Assembly: GCA_963817895.1 (NCBI GenBank)
Contig: CAWFQB010000014.1
Coordinates: 160,001 to 224,000, forward strand
Source of the DNA: an uncultured Chthonomonadaceae bacterium
Lineage (GTDB): Bacteria; Armatimonadota; Chthonomonadetes; Chthonomonadales; Chthonomonadaceae
Direction: 5' to 3'
DNA: 64,000 nt
Position 1 is the stretch's first letter; each line of letters begins with the position of its first letter. Below, piece after piece: positions 1 through 9,132 of this stretch. The notes beneath the pieces are model-generated. The model saw only the letters and a program-made list of their open reading frames with translations, made no database searches and was not told the DNA's origin. The position numbers and the translations under genes were made by a program.

Positions 1-955
1 ATGGATAGGCTGATGAGCAAGGTGGGATTGCACGGCAAGAGTTTCATACCGCTGCTGTCCTCATTCGCCTGCGCGATACCGGGGATTATGGCGACGCGCA
101 CGATTGGTGACCGCAAAGCCCGCCTGATTACGATTCTGGTTGCGCCCCTGATGTCGTGTTCCGCCCGTTTGCCCGTGTATCTACTGATGACGAGCGCGTT
201 TATTCCCAATCGCCCGGTATTGAAAATCGGGCATTTAACGCTGCTGACACTTCCGGGCGTAACGTTTGTGGCGATGTATTTTCTTGGAATGGTTGCCGCT
301 TTCTGCATGGCGTGGCTGTTCCACCGAACCCTGCTGAAGGGCGTCGCGCCGACGTTTTTGATGGAACTGCCGCCGTATCGCCTGCCGTCTGTACGCACAG
401 CCTTGATGCAGATGCTGGAACGGGCGAGACTGTTCGTGAAACGGGCATGGACGATTATTCTGGCGGTTTCGGTTGTGGTATGGGCATTGTCCACCTATCC
501 GAAACATCCGAGACATGAGCGACGATCAGAAGCTGGCGCACTCGTATATCGGGCAGATGGGGCACGCGATCGAACCTGTGATACGCCCGTTAGGGTTCGA
601 CTGGAAAATGGGCGTGGGGATCGCGTCGTCGTTTATTGCCCGCGAGGTGTTCGTATCCACGATGGGTACGGTCTACAATGTCAGCGACGCGGAAGAGACG
701 GGGCAGGCGGAACTTGGCAAGAAAATGGCGGACGACCGCGATGAGCGGACAGGTCAGCGCGTGTTTTCGCCGCTAGTAGCCGTGTGCCTGATGGTCTATT
801 ACGTGCTGGCGATGCAGTGTATGTCTACGGTTGCCGTCGTGCGCCGGGAAACCAACGGCTGGAAGTGGCCCCTGTTTCAGATAGCCTATATGTCGCTGCT
901 GGCATGGCTGGTGACGTTTTTCGTGTTTCATGTGGGAAGAGCTTTGGGATTTTAG
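1..955 (+). CDS. feoB: Ferrous iron transporter FeoB, C-terminal part (5' end outside the window; apparent frameshift near 510)
   Basis: Gate motifs 'GKSFIPLLSSFACAIPGIMATRTI', 'MSCSARLPVY' and 'FLMELPPYRLP' in ORF 1..744. They continue as 'IEPVIRPLGFDWK...AREVFVSTM...CMSTVAVVRRET' in ORF 473..955. Confidence 0.93.
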
Positions 956-1013
956 CAAAGGATGAAGGGTGAGGGATAAATTCTTCGCCAATTGAAGATT
1001 GTGGATGATGATT

Positions 1014-1262
1014 ATGGACGTTCAGAAACTAATATCTTTGGGGATTGTGGCGGCGGCTCTGGTTTATCTTGGGCGGCAGTTTGTCGCGTCAGCGAAAGCG
1101 TTCTTTGAACAAAAAAGCGGATGTGGCGGCGGGTGTGGCAAGTGCGCGTTTGCGGAACAGGGGAATACAGGAAAGAAGACTGACAGCAAGGTGCAGGGAA
1201 CAGCGGCGGGGAATATTATTGCATTGGGAGAGATCAAAACGTTGCCGCGCCGGGGCAAGTGA
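1014..1262 (+). CDS. FeoB-associated Cys-rich small membrane protein
   Basis: One N-terminal hydrophobic helix followed by 'SGCGGGCGKC'; lies directly after feoB. Confidence 0.8.
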   Translation: MDVQKLISLGIVAAALVYLGRQFVASAKAFFEQKSGCGGGCGKCAFAEQGNTGKKTDSKVQGTAAGNIIALGEIKTLPRRGK

Positions 1263-1272
1263 GGAGACAGTA

Positions 1273-1536
1273 ATGACGTTGACATTGGAATTGCCGGACG
1301 ATGTGGCGGCGCGGTTGACCGCTACCTACCCCGATGAGATAGAACGCAACCGCGCAGTTCTCTATTCGATTGTGGATACCATTGAGGCGGAACAACAAGA
1401 CAAAGCAGAGTGGATCGACATCATCAATACCCGATTGGACGCTATGGAAGCTGGAGGCAAAACCTACAGTCTTGATGAAGCGTGGGAGTGCCTCGACGCT
1501 TTGCAAGCCGAACGTCTGAAGGCGGCTAGTCGGTGA
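1273..1536 (+). CDS. Putative type II antitoxin
   Basis: RBS GAGGAG before ATG 1273. Acidic 87-aa protein 'MTLTLELPDDVAARL...GKTYSLDE'. Its stop overlaps the toxin start (GTGA). Confidence 0.7.
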   Translation: MTLTLELPDDVAARLTATYPDEIERNRAVLYSIVDTIEAEQQDKAEWIDIINTRLDAMEAGGKTYSLDEAWECLDALQAERLKAASR

Positions 1537-1907
1537 ACCCACAGGAAGCGGACGAGCCACGCCACTATGCCATCCGCGTCTATGAACACGCCACGCGGGA
1601 CATAAATGAAGCTTGTGTTTTTCTGGCTGATAGTGTTTCTGTGGAACACGCGAACGAATGGAAAAAAGGGCTGAAAGACACGATTGCCGGGTTGTCTGAA
1701 TTTCCGCGTCGTTGTCCACTTGTCACGGAACGATTTCACCGCGAAGTTCGCCACTTTGTTTATCGTCATTACCGCGTGATATTTACGATTATTAACGAAG
1801 ATGATTTCTCAGAAGACCCGCCGACCGTGATGATCATGCACCTTCGCCACTCTGCCAGCCGTCCCTTGACGCGCCGGGAGATACGCGAAATCGAAGCAGG
1901 TGAGTAA
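1533..1907 (+). CDS. RelE/ParE family type II toxin
   Basis: 'ATRDINEACVFLA...IAGLSEFPRRCP...VRHFVYRHYRVIFTI...VMIMHLRHS' matches the ParE/RelE pattern. Confidence 0.8.
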   Translation: MNPQEADEPRHYAIRVYEHATRDINEACVFLADSVSVEHANEWKKGLKDTIAGLSEFPRRCPLVTERFHREVRHFVYRHYRVIFTIINEDDFSEDPPTVMIMHLRHSASRPLTRREIREIEAGE

Positions 1908-1988
1908 ACAATCCAAGTTTGTATGCAGGTAAAGAGCTGACACGTTCCCCTATGTCTGATTGGGGTCCTTGAGACTCTGGAGACATCT

Positions 1989-2204
1989 ATGATACTAATT
2001 CGTTGTTCTGACGCGGATGTGGAGCGACGCGCATTAGGTTTTCTGGCAGGCTGTTTTTCCTTCAAGAGCTGGTCGAGCGGGGAAATGACCGTGCCGGAAA
2101 CCGCACTTGCTTATCTGGCATCGGAGAGTATTCCTTTTTGTGTCGAAGGACAGGCAACGTGTGAACGTCTCATTTCGGCGGGGCGAAATTTTCCTGCCGC
2201 ATAG
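1989..2204 (+). CDS. Small hypothetical protein (possibly degenerate)
   Basis: RBS GGAG upstream; 71 aa 'RRALGFLAGCFSFKSWSSGEMTVPETALAYLASE'. Confidence 0.5.
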   Translation: MILIRCSDADVERRALGFLAGCFSFKSWSSGEMTVPETALAYLASESIPFCVEGQATCERLISAGRNFPAA

Positions 2205-2224
2205 GTTTAACAAGGATTAAGACA

Positions 2225-3067
2225 TTGCTTTCAGGAAACTCTACATTTCGCTATGGGTTAAATACCAGTACGTTGCGGGGGCATAAACTGCCGCTGATTG
2301 AAGTGATTGACATTGCAACCTTCGCGGGCTATACGGCGATTGAACCCTGGATTGATGAACTCGACCGCTACGTGGCGGAAGGGGGATCGCTGCCCGATTT
2401 GCGGAAACGGCTGGAAGACCGCGCTCTGAGCGTGGAGGGCGCTATCGGCTTTTTCGCGTGGATCGTGGACGATGCAGGCGAACGCAAGGCGGCGCTGGCG
2501 GAAGCGCGGCGAAATATGGAACTGCTGGCGGCGATAGGGGGCAAGCATCTAGCCGCGCCCGCGTTCAAAGCAACGGATACAAACAATATTGATCTGCGGA
2601 AAGCGGCAGAACGGTATCGCGCGCTGCTGGACATAGGCCAATCGTTCGGGATTGCGCCGCAGGTGGAAGTGTGGGGATTTTCGCAAACCCTGCAAAAATT
2701 GGGCGAAGCGGCGTTTGTCGCGCTTGAATCGGGACACCCGAAAGCGTGTGTTCTGCCGGATATATACCATCTATACAAGGGTGGTTCGGGATATGAGGGG
2801 CTGAACCTGCTGCGCCCTTCCGCTATTCCCGTAATTCATGTGAACGATTTCCCCAACATCGCGCCCAAAACAATTACCGATGCCGACCGCGTGTACCCCG
2901 GCGATGGCATTGCGCCGTGGGGAGAAATCATTCCCATTTTGCGCCGTATTGGATATGACGGCGTGTTGTCGCTGGAACTGTTCAACGAAAAATATTACGC
3001 GCAGGACCCGCGCCTTGTCGCCCGGACGGGACTGGAAAAGATAAAGGCGGTTGTGGAGCGGTATTAA
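2225..3067 (+). CDS. Sugar phosphate isomerase/epimerase (xylose isomerase-like TIM barrel)
   Basis: 'AGYTAIEPW', 'QVEVWG', 'PDIYHLYKG', 'VIHVND', 'RVYPGDG', 'GYDGVLSLELFN'. Confidence 0.88.
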   Translation: MLSGNSTFRYGLNTSTLRGHKLPLIEVIDIATFAGYTAIEPWIDELDRYVAEGGSLPDLRKRLEDRALSVEGAIGFFAWIVDDAGERKAALAEARRNMELLAAIGGKHLAAPAFKATDTNNIDLRKAAERYRALLDIGQSFGIAPQVEVWGFSQTLQKLGEAAFVALESGHPKACVLPDIYHLYKGGSGYEGLNLLRPSAIPVIHVNDFPNIAPKTITDADRVYPGDGIAPWGEIIPILRRIGYDGVLSLELFNEKYYAQDPRLVARTGLEKIKAVVERY

Positions 3068-3076
3068 GGATAAACA

Positions 3077-3946
3077 ATGACGCGATCTTTTTTGAGTACG
3101 GGCGTGGGCGCATTGGCGAAGACGGATACGAGTGTTAAGCGGCGCGTACTGGTGACGGGCGCGGCGGGGCGTATCGGTTCGTACTTTGCCAGTAATGCGC
3201 AGGGCAAGTACGATTTACGGCTGATGGTTCAGAAACCCGGCGATGAAAAAGACATTGAAGGTTTGGGTGAAATCGTTGTCGGGGAGTTGTCGGAACTGGA
3301 CAAGCTGAAGCAGTTTTGTCAGGGGATAGATACCGTAGTCCACATGGCTGGGAACGCGAACGCCAGCGCGACATGGGAGAAACTGCTTGAGCCGAATGTG
3401 CTGGGCGTGTACAACATTATGGTAGCGGCGAAATCGGCGGGTTGTCGGCGGCTGATTTTCGCGTCCTCCATACACGCCGTGTCGGGCGGACGAGGTGACG
3501 TGCAGGTGAAAACATCGGAGCCGGTGAATCCGGGCGATTTGTACGGCGTGACAAAGGCGTTCGGCGAAGCGTTGGGGCGATACATGGCAGAGCAGGAGGG
3601 ATTGTCCGTTATCGCGCTACGTATCGGAGCTTTTCAGCCAACTGAATCGGCGGCGGGCGACCACGCGGTTAGTATGATGGATGCGTTTGTGTCGCATCGC
3701 GACTTGAACCAGTTGATTCATCGGTGTATTGACGTGGAAAACCTGCAATTCGCCGTTTTTCACGGCCTGAGCAATAACCGTTTTAACCGTCTGGATATTT
3801 CCGATGCGCGGGAACTGGTCGGCTACGATCCGCAGGACGATCTGACGGCACTGAACCCGAAACTCAAAGATTTGCGGTTGAGTGAAGTGATTTACAACCA
3901 CAACCTAAACTCCGGGCAGGAGTCCGGTCTGCGAGATGATGTTTGA
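3077..3946 (+). CDS. NAD-dependent epimerase/dehydratase (uronate dehydrogenase-like SDR)
   Basis: 'VLVTGAAGRIG', 'FASSIHAV', 'YGVTK' (YxxxK), 'LRIG'. Confidence 0.88.
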   Translation: MTRSFLSTGVGALAKTDTSVKRRVLVTGAAGRIGSYFASNAQGKYDLRLMVQKPGDEKDIEGLGEIVVGELSELDKLKQFCQGIDTVVHMAGNANASATWEKLLEPNVLGVYNIMVAAKSAGCRRLIFASSIHAVSGGRGDVQVKTSEPVNPGDLYGVTKAFGEALGRYMAEQEGLSVIALRIGAFQPTESAAGDHAVSMMDAFVSHRDLNQLIHRCIDVENLQFAVFHGLSNNRFNRLDISDARELVGYDPQDDLTALNPKLKDLRLSEVIYNHNLNSGQESGLRDDV

Positions 3947-4130
3947 AGTAAGAGATTTCATCAGCGAAGAATAATATAACCTCTCAGGTTGCGAATGTCC
4001 GCTCCGATTTTCCGTAGTACAGGAAAGCCGGGGCGGTTTGTTTTGGCAGGAGTGGGGCGAACAGACCTCCGCTGCAAGGAATGGAACAGTGGCAAAAACA
4101 ACAGGAGAACGAACGGGACGAGCGCAAACA

Positions 4131-4844
4131 ATGTCGTTTGATCCGCTTTCGGATGAAATTAAAGCGAAGGCGATGGTTGTACATGAGCGATTATGTCAGG
4201 AGTATAACTGCCCCATACCGTACTTCCACGAGTTGGACCCATTGAGTGAACTGGTTTCGTCGCTGTTATCGCACCGCACCAAAAACGCGGATTCGGGAAG
4301 GGCTTTTCGGCAGTTACGCGCCCGGTTCGCGGACTGGCCGAGCGTACGGGACGCGCCGACTTCGGATGTTGAGACGGCAATCAGCGCGTGTACGTGGCCG
4401 GAGCAGAAAGCGCCGCGATTGCAGCAGATTCTGCGGCTGATTGGCGAAAAGCGGGACGGTGATTTGTCGCTTGACTTTCTGGCGGAACTGACTGTGCCGG
4501 ATGCCCGCGCATGGCTGCAAACTTTGCCCGGCGTGGGGCCGAAAACGAGCGCGGCGGTGTTGTTGTTCAGCCGCCTGCGCCGTCCCGCGCTTCCGGTTGA
4601 CAGCCACCACCACCGGGTTGCGATACGGCTTGGATTGCTGCCGGCAAGCGTGGATGTTGGCCCCGCCCATGCCATTCTGGAATCGCAGTTGCCGCCGGAT
4701 TGGGACGCGCAGACGGTTTATGATAATCACGAGTCGCTGATGCTGCACGGGCAACGCTGCTGTTACCACTTCAACCCGGATTGTGGCCGGTGCGTGGTAC
4801 TGGATATTTGCCCGTTCGGACAAAAGCGGATGGGAGTGTCTTGA
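4131..4844 (+). CDS. HhH-GPD endonuclease III-like DNA glycosylase with 4Fe-4S motif
   Basis: HhH 'LPGVGPKTS' (catalytic Lys), 'LPVDSH' (catalytic Asp), C-terminal 'CYHFNPDCGRCVVLDIC'. Confidence 0.9.
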   Translation: MSFDPLSDEIKAKAMVVHERLCQEYNCPIPYFHELDPLSELVSSLLSHRTKNADSGRAFRQLRARFADWPSVRDAPTSDVETAISACTWPEQKAPRLQQILRLIGEKRDGDLSLDFLAELTVPDARAWLQTLPGVGPKTSAAVLLFSRLRRPALPVDSHHHRVAIRLGLLPASVDVGPAHAILESQLPPDWDAQTVYDNHESLMLHGQRCCYHFNPDCGRCVVLDICPFGQKRMGVS

Positions 4845-4993
4845 ACCCGGATTTTCAGGATTAACGGATTAACAGGATTGGGCGACGCGTTCCTCATGGA
4901 GATTATACCAAAACGGAATGATAGCTCAAGGGGATACACTTCCGTTCTAGAATCCTGATAATCCATTAATCCTGAAAATCCGGGTTCAAGACA
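4837..4993. repeat. Inverted-repeat element with GATT every 9 nt (copy 1)
   Basis: 43-bp arms 4837-4879 and 4951-4993 (2 mismatches), starting TGTCTTGAACC. Confidence 0.9.
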
Positions 4994-5014
4994 AAAATGG
5001 AATGGAGACAGTTT

Positions 5015-5980
5015 ATGCCGGAAGGACCGGAGGTGCGGCGGTATGCGGATATGTTGGGGGCGGCGCTGACGGGTAAGCCATTGGTGACGCTGACGGCGCG
5101 GACGAAGGCGGCGAAAGCGTGGTTGGCGGCGCATGAGGGATTGTTGGAAGGGCGGAAGGTGGGGCGGATATGGGCACATGGCAAGAATCTGGTGGGCGAT
5201 ATTGAGGGCGGGTATTTCTTTTATTCGCATTTGATGATGTGGGGGCGGTGGCAGATTGTTACCGAGTTGCCAATAGTAGAAACGGATCGGCGCGAACGCG
5301 CGCGTATCACGGTTGCGGATGCGGCGGCGATTCTGTTTTCCGCGCCCGTGTTTGAAGTGGGGCAGGGGATTGCGCATGAAGTAAATCCGTATCTGGCGTC
5401 ATTGGGACCGGATACGCTGCCGTATGCGGAAGACGGGCCGTTTGATGCGGGCGAGTTTCTGTTTCGATTGCGCTCACCAGAACACGCGCAACACGCCATT
5501 GGAGCCGTATTGCTCAATCAGCAGGTGTTGGCGGGCATCGGCAACTATCTGCGGGCGGAAATACTGTTCGACTGTAAAATGGATCCATGGCGCGTGGTGA
5601 ATGAACTCAATGGAGATGAACTGCAATGCCTGTGCGACAGCATCGAGAAGATGGTTCGGCGGGCGTATACGGAGGGCGGCGCGACTGTGCCGGACGAACT
5701 GCGTGACCGGATGCGCGAGGATGATAGTCTCGTGTACGCGCCGGGACGCGATTATGGGACGCGGCACTATGTATTCCGGCGCACAAATTTGCCGTGCCTG
5801 GTTTGTGGAACGACCATACGGCAAAAGCGTCAGGTCACGCGGCAGCAGGACGAAGAGGAAGACGCCGAAGAGAAGGAGCGGATCATCTATTTCTGCCCGT
5901 CGTGTCAGCAAACTACAATAGAATTGCCGCCGGTGAAGAAGCGTAAGGTTGTTTTACCTCACCCCCGGCCCCTCTCCTAG
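5015..5980 (+). CDS. Fpg/Nei family DNA glycosylase/AP lyase
   Basis: N-terminal 'MPEGPEV', 'GKNL', 'HLMMWG', H2TH 'LLNQQVLAGIGNYLRAEILF', zinc finger 'CLVC...CPSCQ'. Confidence 0.93.
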   Translation: MPEGPEVRRYADMLGAALTGKPLVTLTARTKAAKAWLAAHEGLLEGRKVGRIWAHGKNLVGDIEGGYFFYSHLMMWGRWQIVTELPIVETDRRERARITVADAAAILFSAPVFEVGQGIAHEVNPYLASLGPDTLPYAEDGPFDAGEFLFRLRSPEHAQHAIGAVLLNQQVLAGIGNYLRAEILFDCKMDPWRVVNELNGDELQCLCDSIEKMVRRAYTEGGATVPDELRDRMREDDSLVYAPGRDYGTRHYVFRRTNLPCLVCGTTIRQKRQVTRQQDEEEDAEEKERIIYFCPSCQQTTIELPPVKKRKVVLPHPRPLS

Positions 5981-6153
5981 CCGCGCAACGCGCCAGGAGA
6001 GGGGAGCGAGCAACTAAGATTCCCTAACTGCTGTGAGATGCAGATGCCATGACAAGGCAAAATATATAGATGTGGTAAGCGCAAGTTTAGACACACTTCT
6101 CCCCTCTCCTGGCGCGTTGCGCGGCCAGGAGAGGGGCCGGGGGTGAGGTAAAA
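5952..6153. repeat. REPIN-like doublet of CCTCACCCCC...CCTCTCC...GGAGAGGGG hairpin repeats
   Basis: 55-bp inverted arms 5952-6006 and 6099-6153 (1 mismatch), each an internal hairpin, around a 92-bp spacer. Confidence 0.9.
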
Positions 6154-6158
6154 AGAAC

Positions 6159-7925
6159 ATGGACACAGACGAAAAAAGCGTGTTTAACCATTTTGCGGAA
6201 GTGGCGGAGAGAGTGGGCGCGACTACGAAGCGGCTGGACAAGGCGGCGTTTATCGGCGATTATTTTTCGTCGTTGGCGGACGAGGATTTGGTTTTGGCGG
6301 CGCGGTATTTTGCGGGGTATGCGTTTTCGTTGCGGGATCAGCGCAATACCAATATCGGCACGGCGGCGTTGCTGACGGCGATTCGATCCGTCAGTCAGGT
6401 GCCGGATGAGGAGTTGCGGCAGCGGCTGGTTGTTTTGGGCGATCCGGGCGATATGGCGCGGGAGGTGTTCGCAAAAGGGGACAATGCGGACATTACGCCA
6501 ACCCTGACGCTGGCACAGATTGCAAACGCGCTGGAGAAATTGGCGGCGACCAGCGGTTCCAAGCAAAAGGCGCAACAGGTGGCGGAATTGTTGAGTAATG
6601 CAACGCCATTGGAAGCCAAATACGTCGTGAAGTTGTTGTCGGGGGATTTGCGCATCGGATTGAAAGAGGGCGCGGTTGAGGACGCGATTGCGCGATTGGC
6701 ACAAACGGAAGTGGGGCGTATTCAGTGGGTAAATATGCTGACGGGCGATATTGGCGAAACGGCATTGCTGGCGCGGAGGGGTGAACTGGATACGGCGCAA
6801 CTGCATCTGTTTCACGCCATTAAGTTTATGCTTGCAACGCCTGCGGCAGATTTAGCCGATGTACAGAAACAGATGCCGGAGCGGTTTGTGGTGGAAGACA
6901 AGTTCGACGGCATACGGGCGCAGGCGCATATCGCGCCTGCGGTTCCGGGTGAAACCACGCTGCACGGGATTGTTCATAACGGTGTTCGCGTCGCGCTGTT
7001 TTCGCGAACGCTGGATGAGATTACGGGGAGTTTTCCCGATCTGGTTGCGCCGCTTGCCCGCTTGCTGACAGTGGACGCGGCACAGGCTAACAATGCTGAA
7101 TCGGGCGCGGGAGAAACTGCAGGGCTGATACTGGATGGGGAAATCGTGCCGGTACAGGGAGAAAAGATACTGCCGTTTCAGCAGTTGCAGCAACGCTTGA
7201 ACCGCAAAGTGCTGCCACCCGAACTGCTTGCCAACATTCCCGCCGCGTTTGTGGCTTATGATATGCTGTACGGAGGGGGAGAGATACTGCTGGAAAAGCC
7301 GTTTGCCGAGCGCAGGTCAAAGCTGGAAGCCCTGAATGTGGATGGGCAAACGGCGCGTCGGGCCGGTTCGCGCGCGTTTTCCGATGTGGCGGAACTGGAT
7401 GCCGAATTTGTGGAGGCGCGGGCGCGGGGCAATGAGGGCCTGATGGTAAAAGACCCGGCTTCGCCCTATAAACCGGGGCGGCGGGGAAGAGATTGGCTGA
7501 AAATCAAGAAGGCGCTGGCGACGCTGGATGTGGTCGTAACCTCGGTTGAGGTTGGTTCGGGCCGGCGGAGCAAGTTTCTGTCGGATTATACCTTTGCCGT
7601 GCGGGCGAGTGACACGGATGATACCTTGCTCAATGTCGGCAAGGCGTACAGCGGCCTGACGGATGAAGAGGTAACGGCGTTGAGCGAGTGGTTTCGGGCG
7701 CATACCTTGCAGGAATACGCGCATGGCAAGGTGCGCGTGGTAGAGCCGCAAATCGTCATGGAAATCACCTTTGACCGGGTACAGGCTTCCAAACGGCACA
7801 AAAGCGGTTATGCGCTACGGTTTCCGCGTATCCTGCGAATTCGGCACGACAAGCCGGCAACGGAAATTGACACGCTTGACGCGGTTCGCGCCCTGGTCGA
7901 TGAGAGAGCAGTCGAGGAAGAATAG
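6159..7925 (+). CDS. ATP-dependent DNA ligase (DNA-binding, adenylation and OB domains)
   Basis: Motif I 'EDKFDG', III 'LDGEIV', IIIa 'AYDML', IV 'EGLMVK', V 'WLKIK', VI 'LRFPRILRIRHDK'. Confidence 0.95.
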   Translation: MDTDEKSVFNHFAEVAERVGATTKRLDKAAFIGDYFSSLADEDLVLAARYFAGYAFSLRDQRNTNIGTAALLTAIRSVSQVPDEELRQRLVVLGDPGDMAREVFAKGDNADITPTLTLAQIANALEKLAATSGSKQKAQQVAELLSNATPLEAKYVVKLLSGDLRIGLKEGAVEDAIARLAQTEVGRIQWVNMLTGDIGETALLARRGELDTAQLHLFHAIKFMLATPAADLADVQKQMPERFVVEDKFDGIRAQAHIAPAVPGETTLHGIVHNGVRVALFSRTLDEITGSFPDLVAPLARLLTVDAAQANNAESGAGETAGLILDGEIVPVQGEKILPFQQLQQRLNRKVLPPELLANIPAAFVAYDMLYGGGEILLEKPFAERRSKLEALNVDGQTARRAGSRAFSDVAELDAEFVEARARGNEGLMVKDPASPYKPGRRGRDWLKIKKALATLDVVVTSVEVGSGRRSKFLSDYTFAVRASDTDDTLLNVGKAYSGLTDEEVTALSEWFRAHTLQEYAHGKVRVVEPQIVMEITFDRVQASKRHKSGYALRFPRILRIRHDKPATEIDTLDAVRALVDERAVEEE

Positions 7926-7990
7926 CCCTCAACCGGGCGTCCACTTGTGAACACAACCCCTTCTCCCAAAAAAGCCTGGGAGAAGGGGAG
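7922..7990 (+). repeat. REP-like hairpin repeat (CCCTCAACC...CCCTTCTCCCAAAAAAGCCTGGGAGAAGGGG family) with an inserted module
   Basis: Same family as 14252, 22061, 26022 and 55469; carries an extra GGGCGTCCACTTGTGAACAC. Confidence 0.85.
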
Positions 7991-8058
7991 TCGCCTGTTT
8001 GATTACAAAGGTGAATGGGGTTCGTGGGGTTTTGGAGAGAACAAAGGTGATAACGTTT

Positions 8059-9132
8059 ATGAATGAAACAACGCTTGATCCTACGCCAACATTAGAAAGC
8101 GCGCGAACCGCGTTTGATGCGTTCTTGAATGGGGCGCAACCTGCCACGCGCATAGTAGGGCTGCACGACTCGGATGCGGACGGCGTGACGGCGGGCGTGG
8201 TGTGGCAGCGAGGATTAGAGCGATTGGGATTTGCGCCCACGCGCCTGATACCCAATCGTGAGCGCAATGCGTGGACGCCGACAAACCGCGCCAGTCTATT
8301 GAAACTTAACCCCGAAATGCTGTTCGTGATGGATTTAGGCAGTCAAGACACGCCCGTGTTGGATGGTGTGCCAACGTGTTTTATTGATCACCACCACCCG
8401 GAGGGTTGCCCGCCCGGCGACACGCTTATCAGCGCATATACGTGGAATCCGATCCCGAATACGTCCATACTGGCGTACGATTTGTTGTTGCCTCGCGTAG
8501 ATGTATCCGATCTGGATTGGATTGCCGCAATCGGGGCTTTGAGCGATCTTGGGGATAAAGCGCCGTTTGAACTGGTGGATCAGGCGAAGAAAAAATATAC
8601 GGCCAAATACCTGCGGGAAGTAACGTCACTGGTGAACGCTTCGCGCCGCGCAAGCGAGTACAACCCGGAAGCGGCGGCCCGCGCTTTATTGAACCACGAT
8701 AGCCCTCGCGCTTTGTACAACTCCGACTCGCCGGATGTGGAATTCTTGCGCCGGTCGCGGGCAGAGGTGAAACTGGCTATGGAGGAAGCGCGTAAAGCTG
8801 CGCCTGTTTTTGCCGATCAAGTCGCTCTGGTACGCCTGAATACGCCCTGTCAGGTACACCCGCTGATTGCGCAGAGTTGGCGAACCCGCCTGCCCAAATA
8901 CATCGTGATTGTGGCAAACGAGGGCTACATGCCGGGACGCATCAACTTTTCCGCCCGCGCTATGGCAGATAAGAATGTCCTGCAATTTCTGCGCAGTTTC
9001 GATCTCGGGGAGGGCGAGGGCAACTTCGGACACGGACACGATCAGGCATCCGGCGGCAGCCTGCCCGTAGACCGCTGGAACCTGCTGCTGGAAAAAATGG
9101 GTTTTCCAGCCAGCGTGAGAGCCGGAAATTAA
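8059..9132 (+). CDS. DHH family phosphoesterase (DHH + DHHA1)
   Basis: 'HDSDADG', 'MDLG', 'IDHH', 'SAR', 'GHGHDQASGG'. Confidence 0.88.
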   Translation: MNETTLDPTPTLESARTAFDAFLNGAQPATRIVGLHDSDADGVTAGVVWQRGLERLGFAPTRLIPNRERNAWTPTNRASLLKLNPEMLFVMDLGSQDTPVLDGVPTCFIDHHHPEGCPPGDTLISAYTWNPIPNTSILAYDLLLPRVDVSDLDWIAAIGALSDLGDKAPFELVDQAKKKYTAKYLREVTSLVNASRRASEYNPEAAARALLNHDSPRALYNSDSPDVEFLRRSRAEVKLAMEEARKAAPVFADQVALVRLNTPCQVHPLIAQSWRTRLPKYIVIVANEGYMPGRINFSARAMADKNVLQFLRSFDLGEGEGNFGHGHDQASGGSLPVDRWNLLLEKMGFPASVRAGN

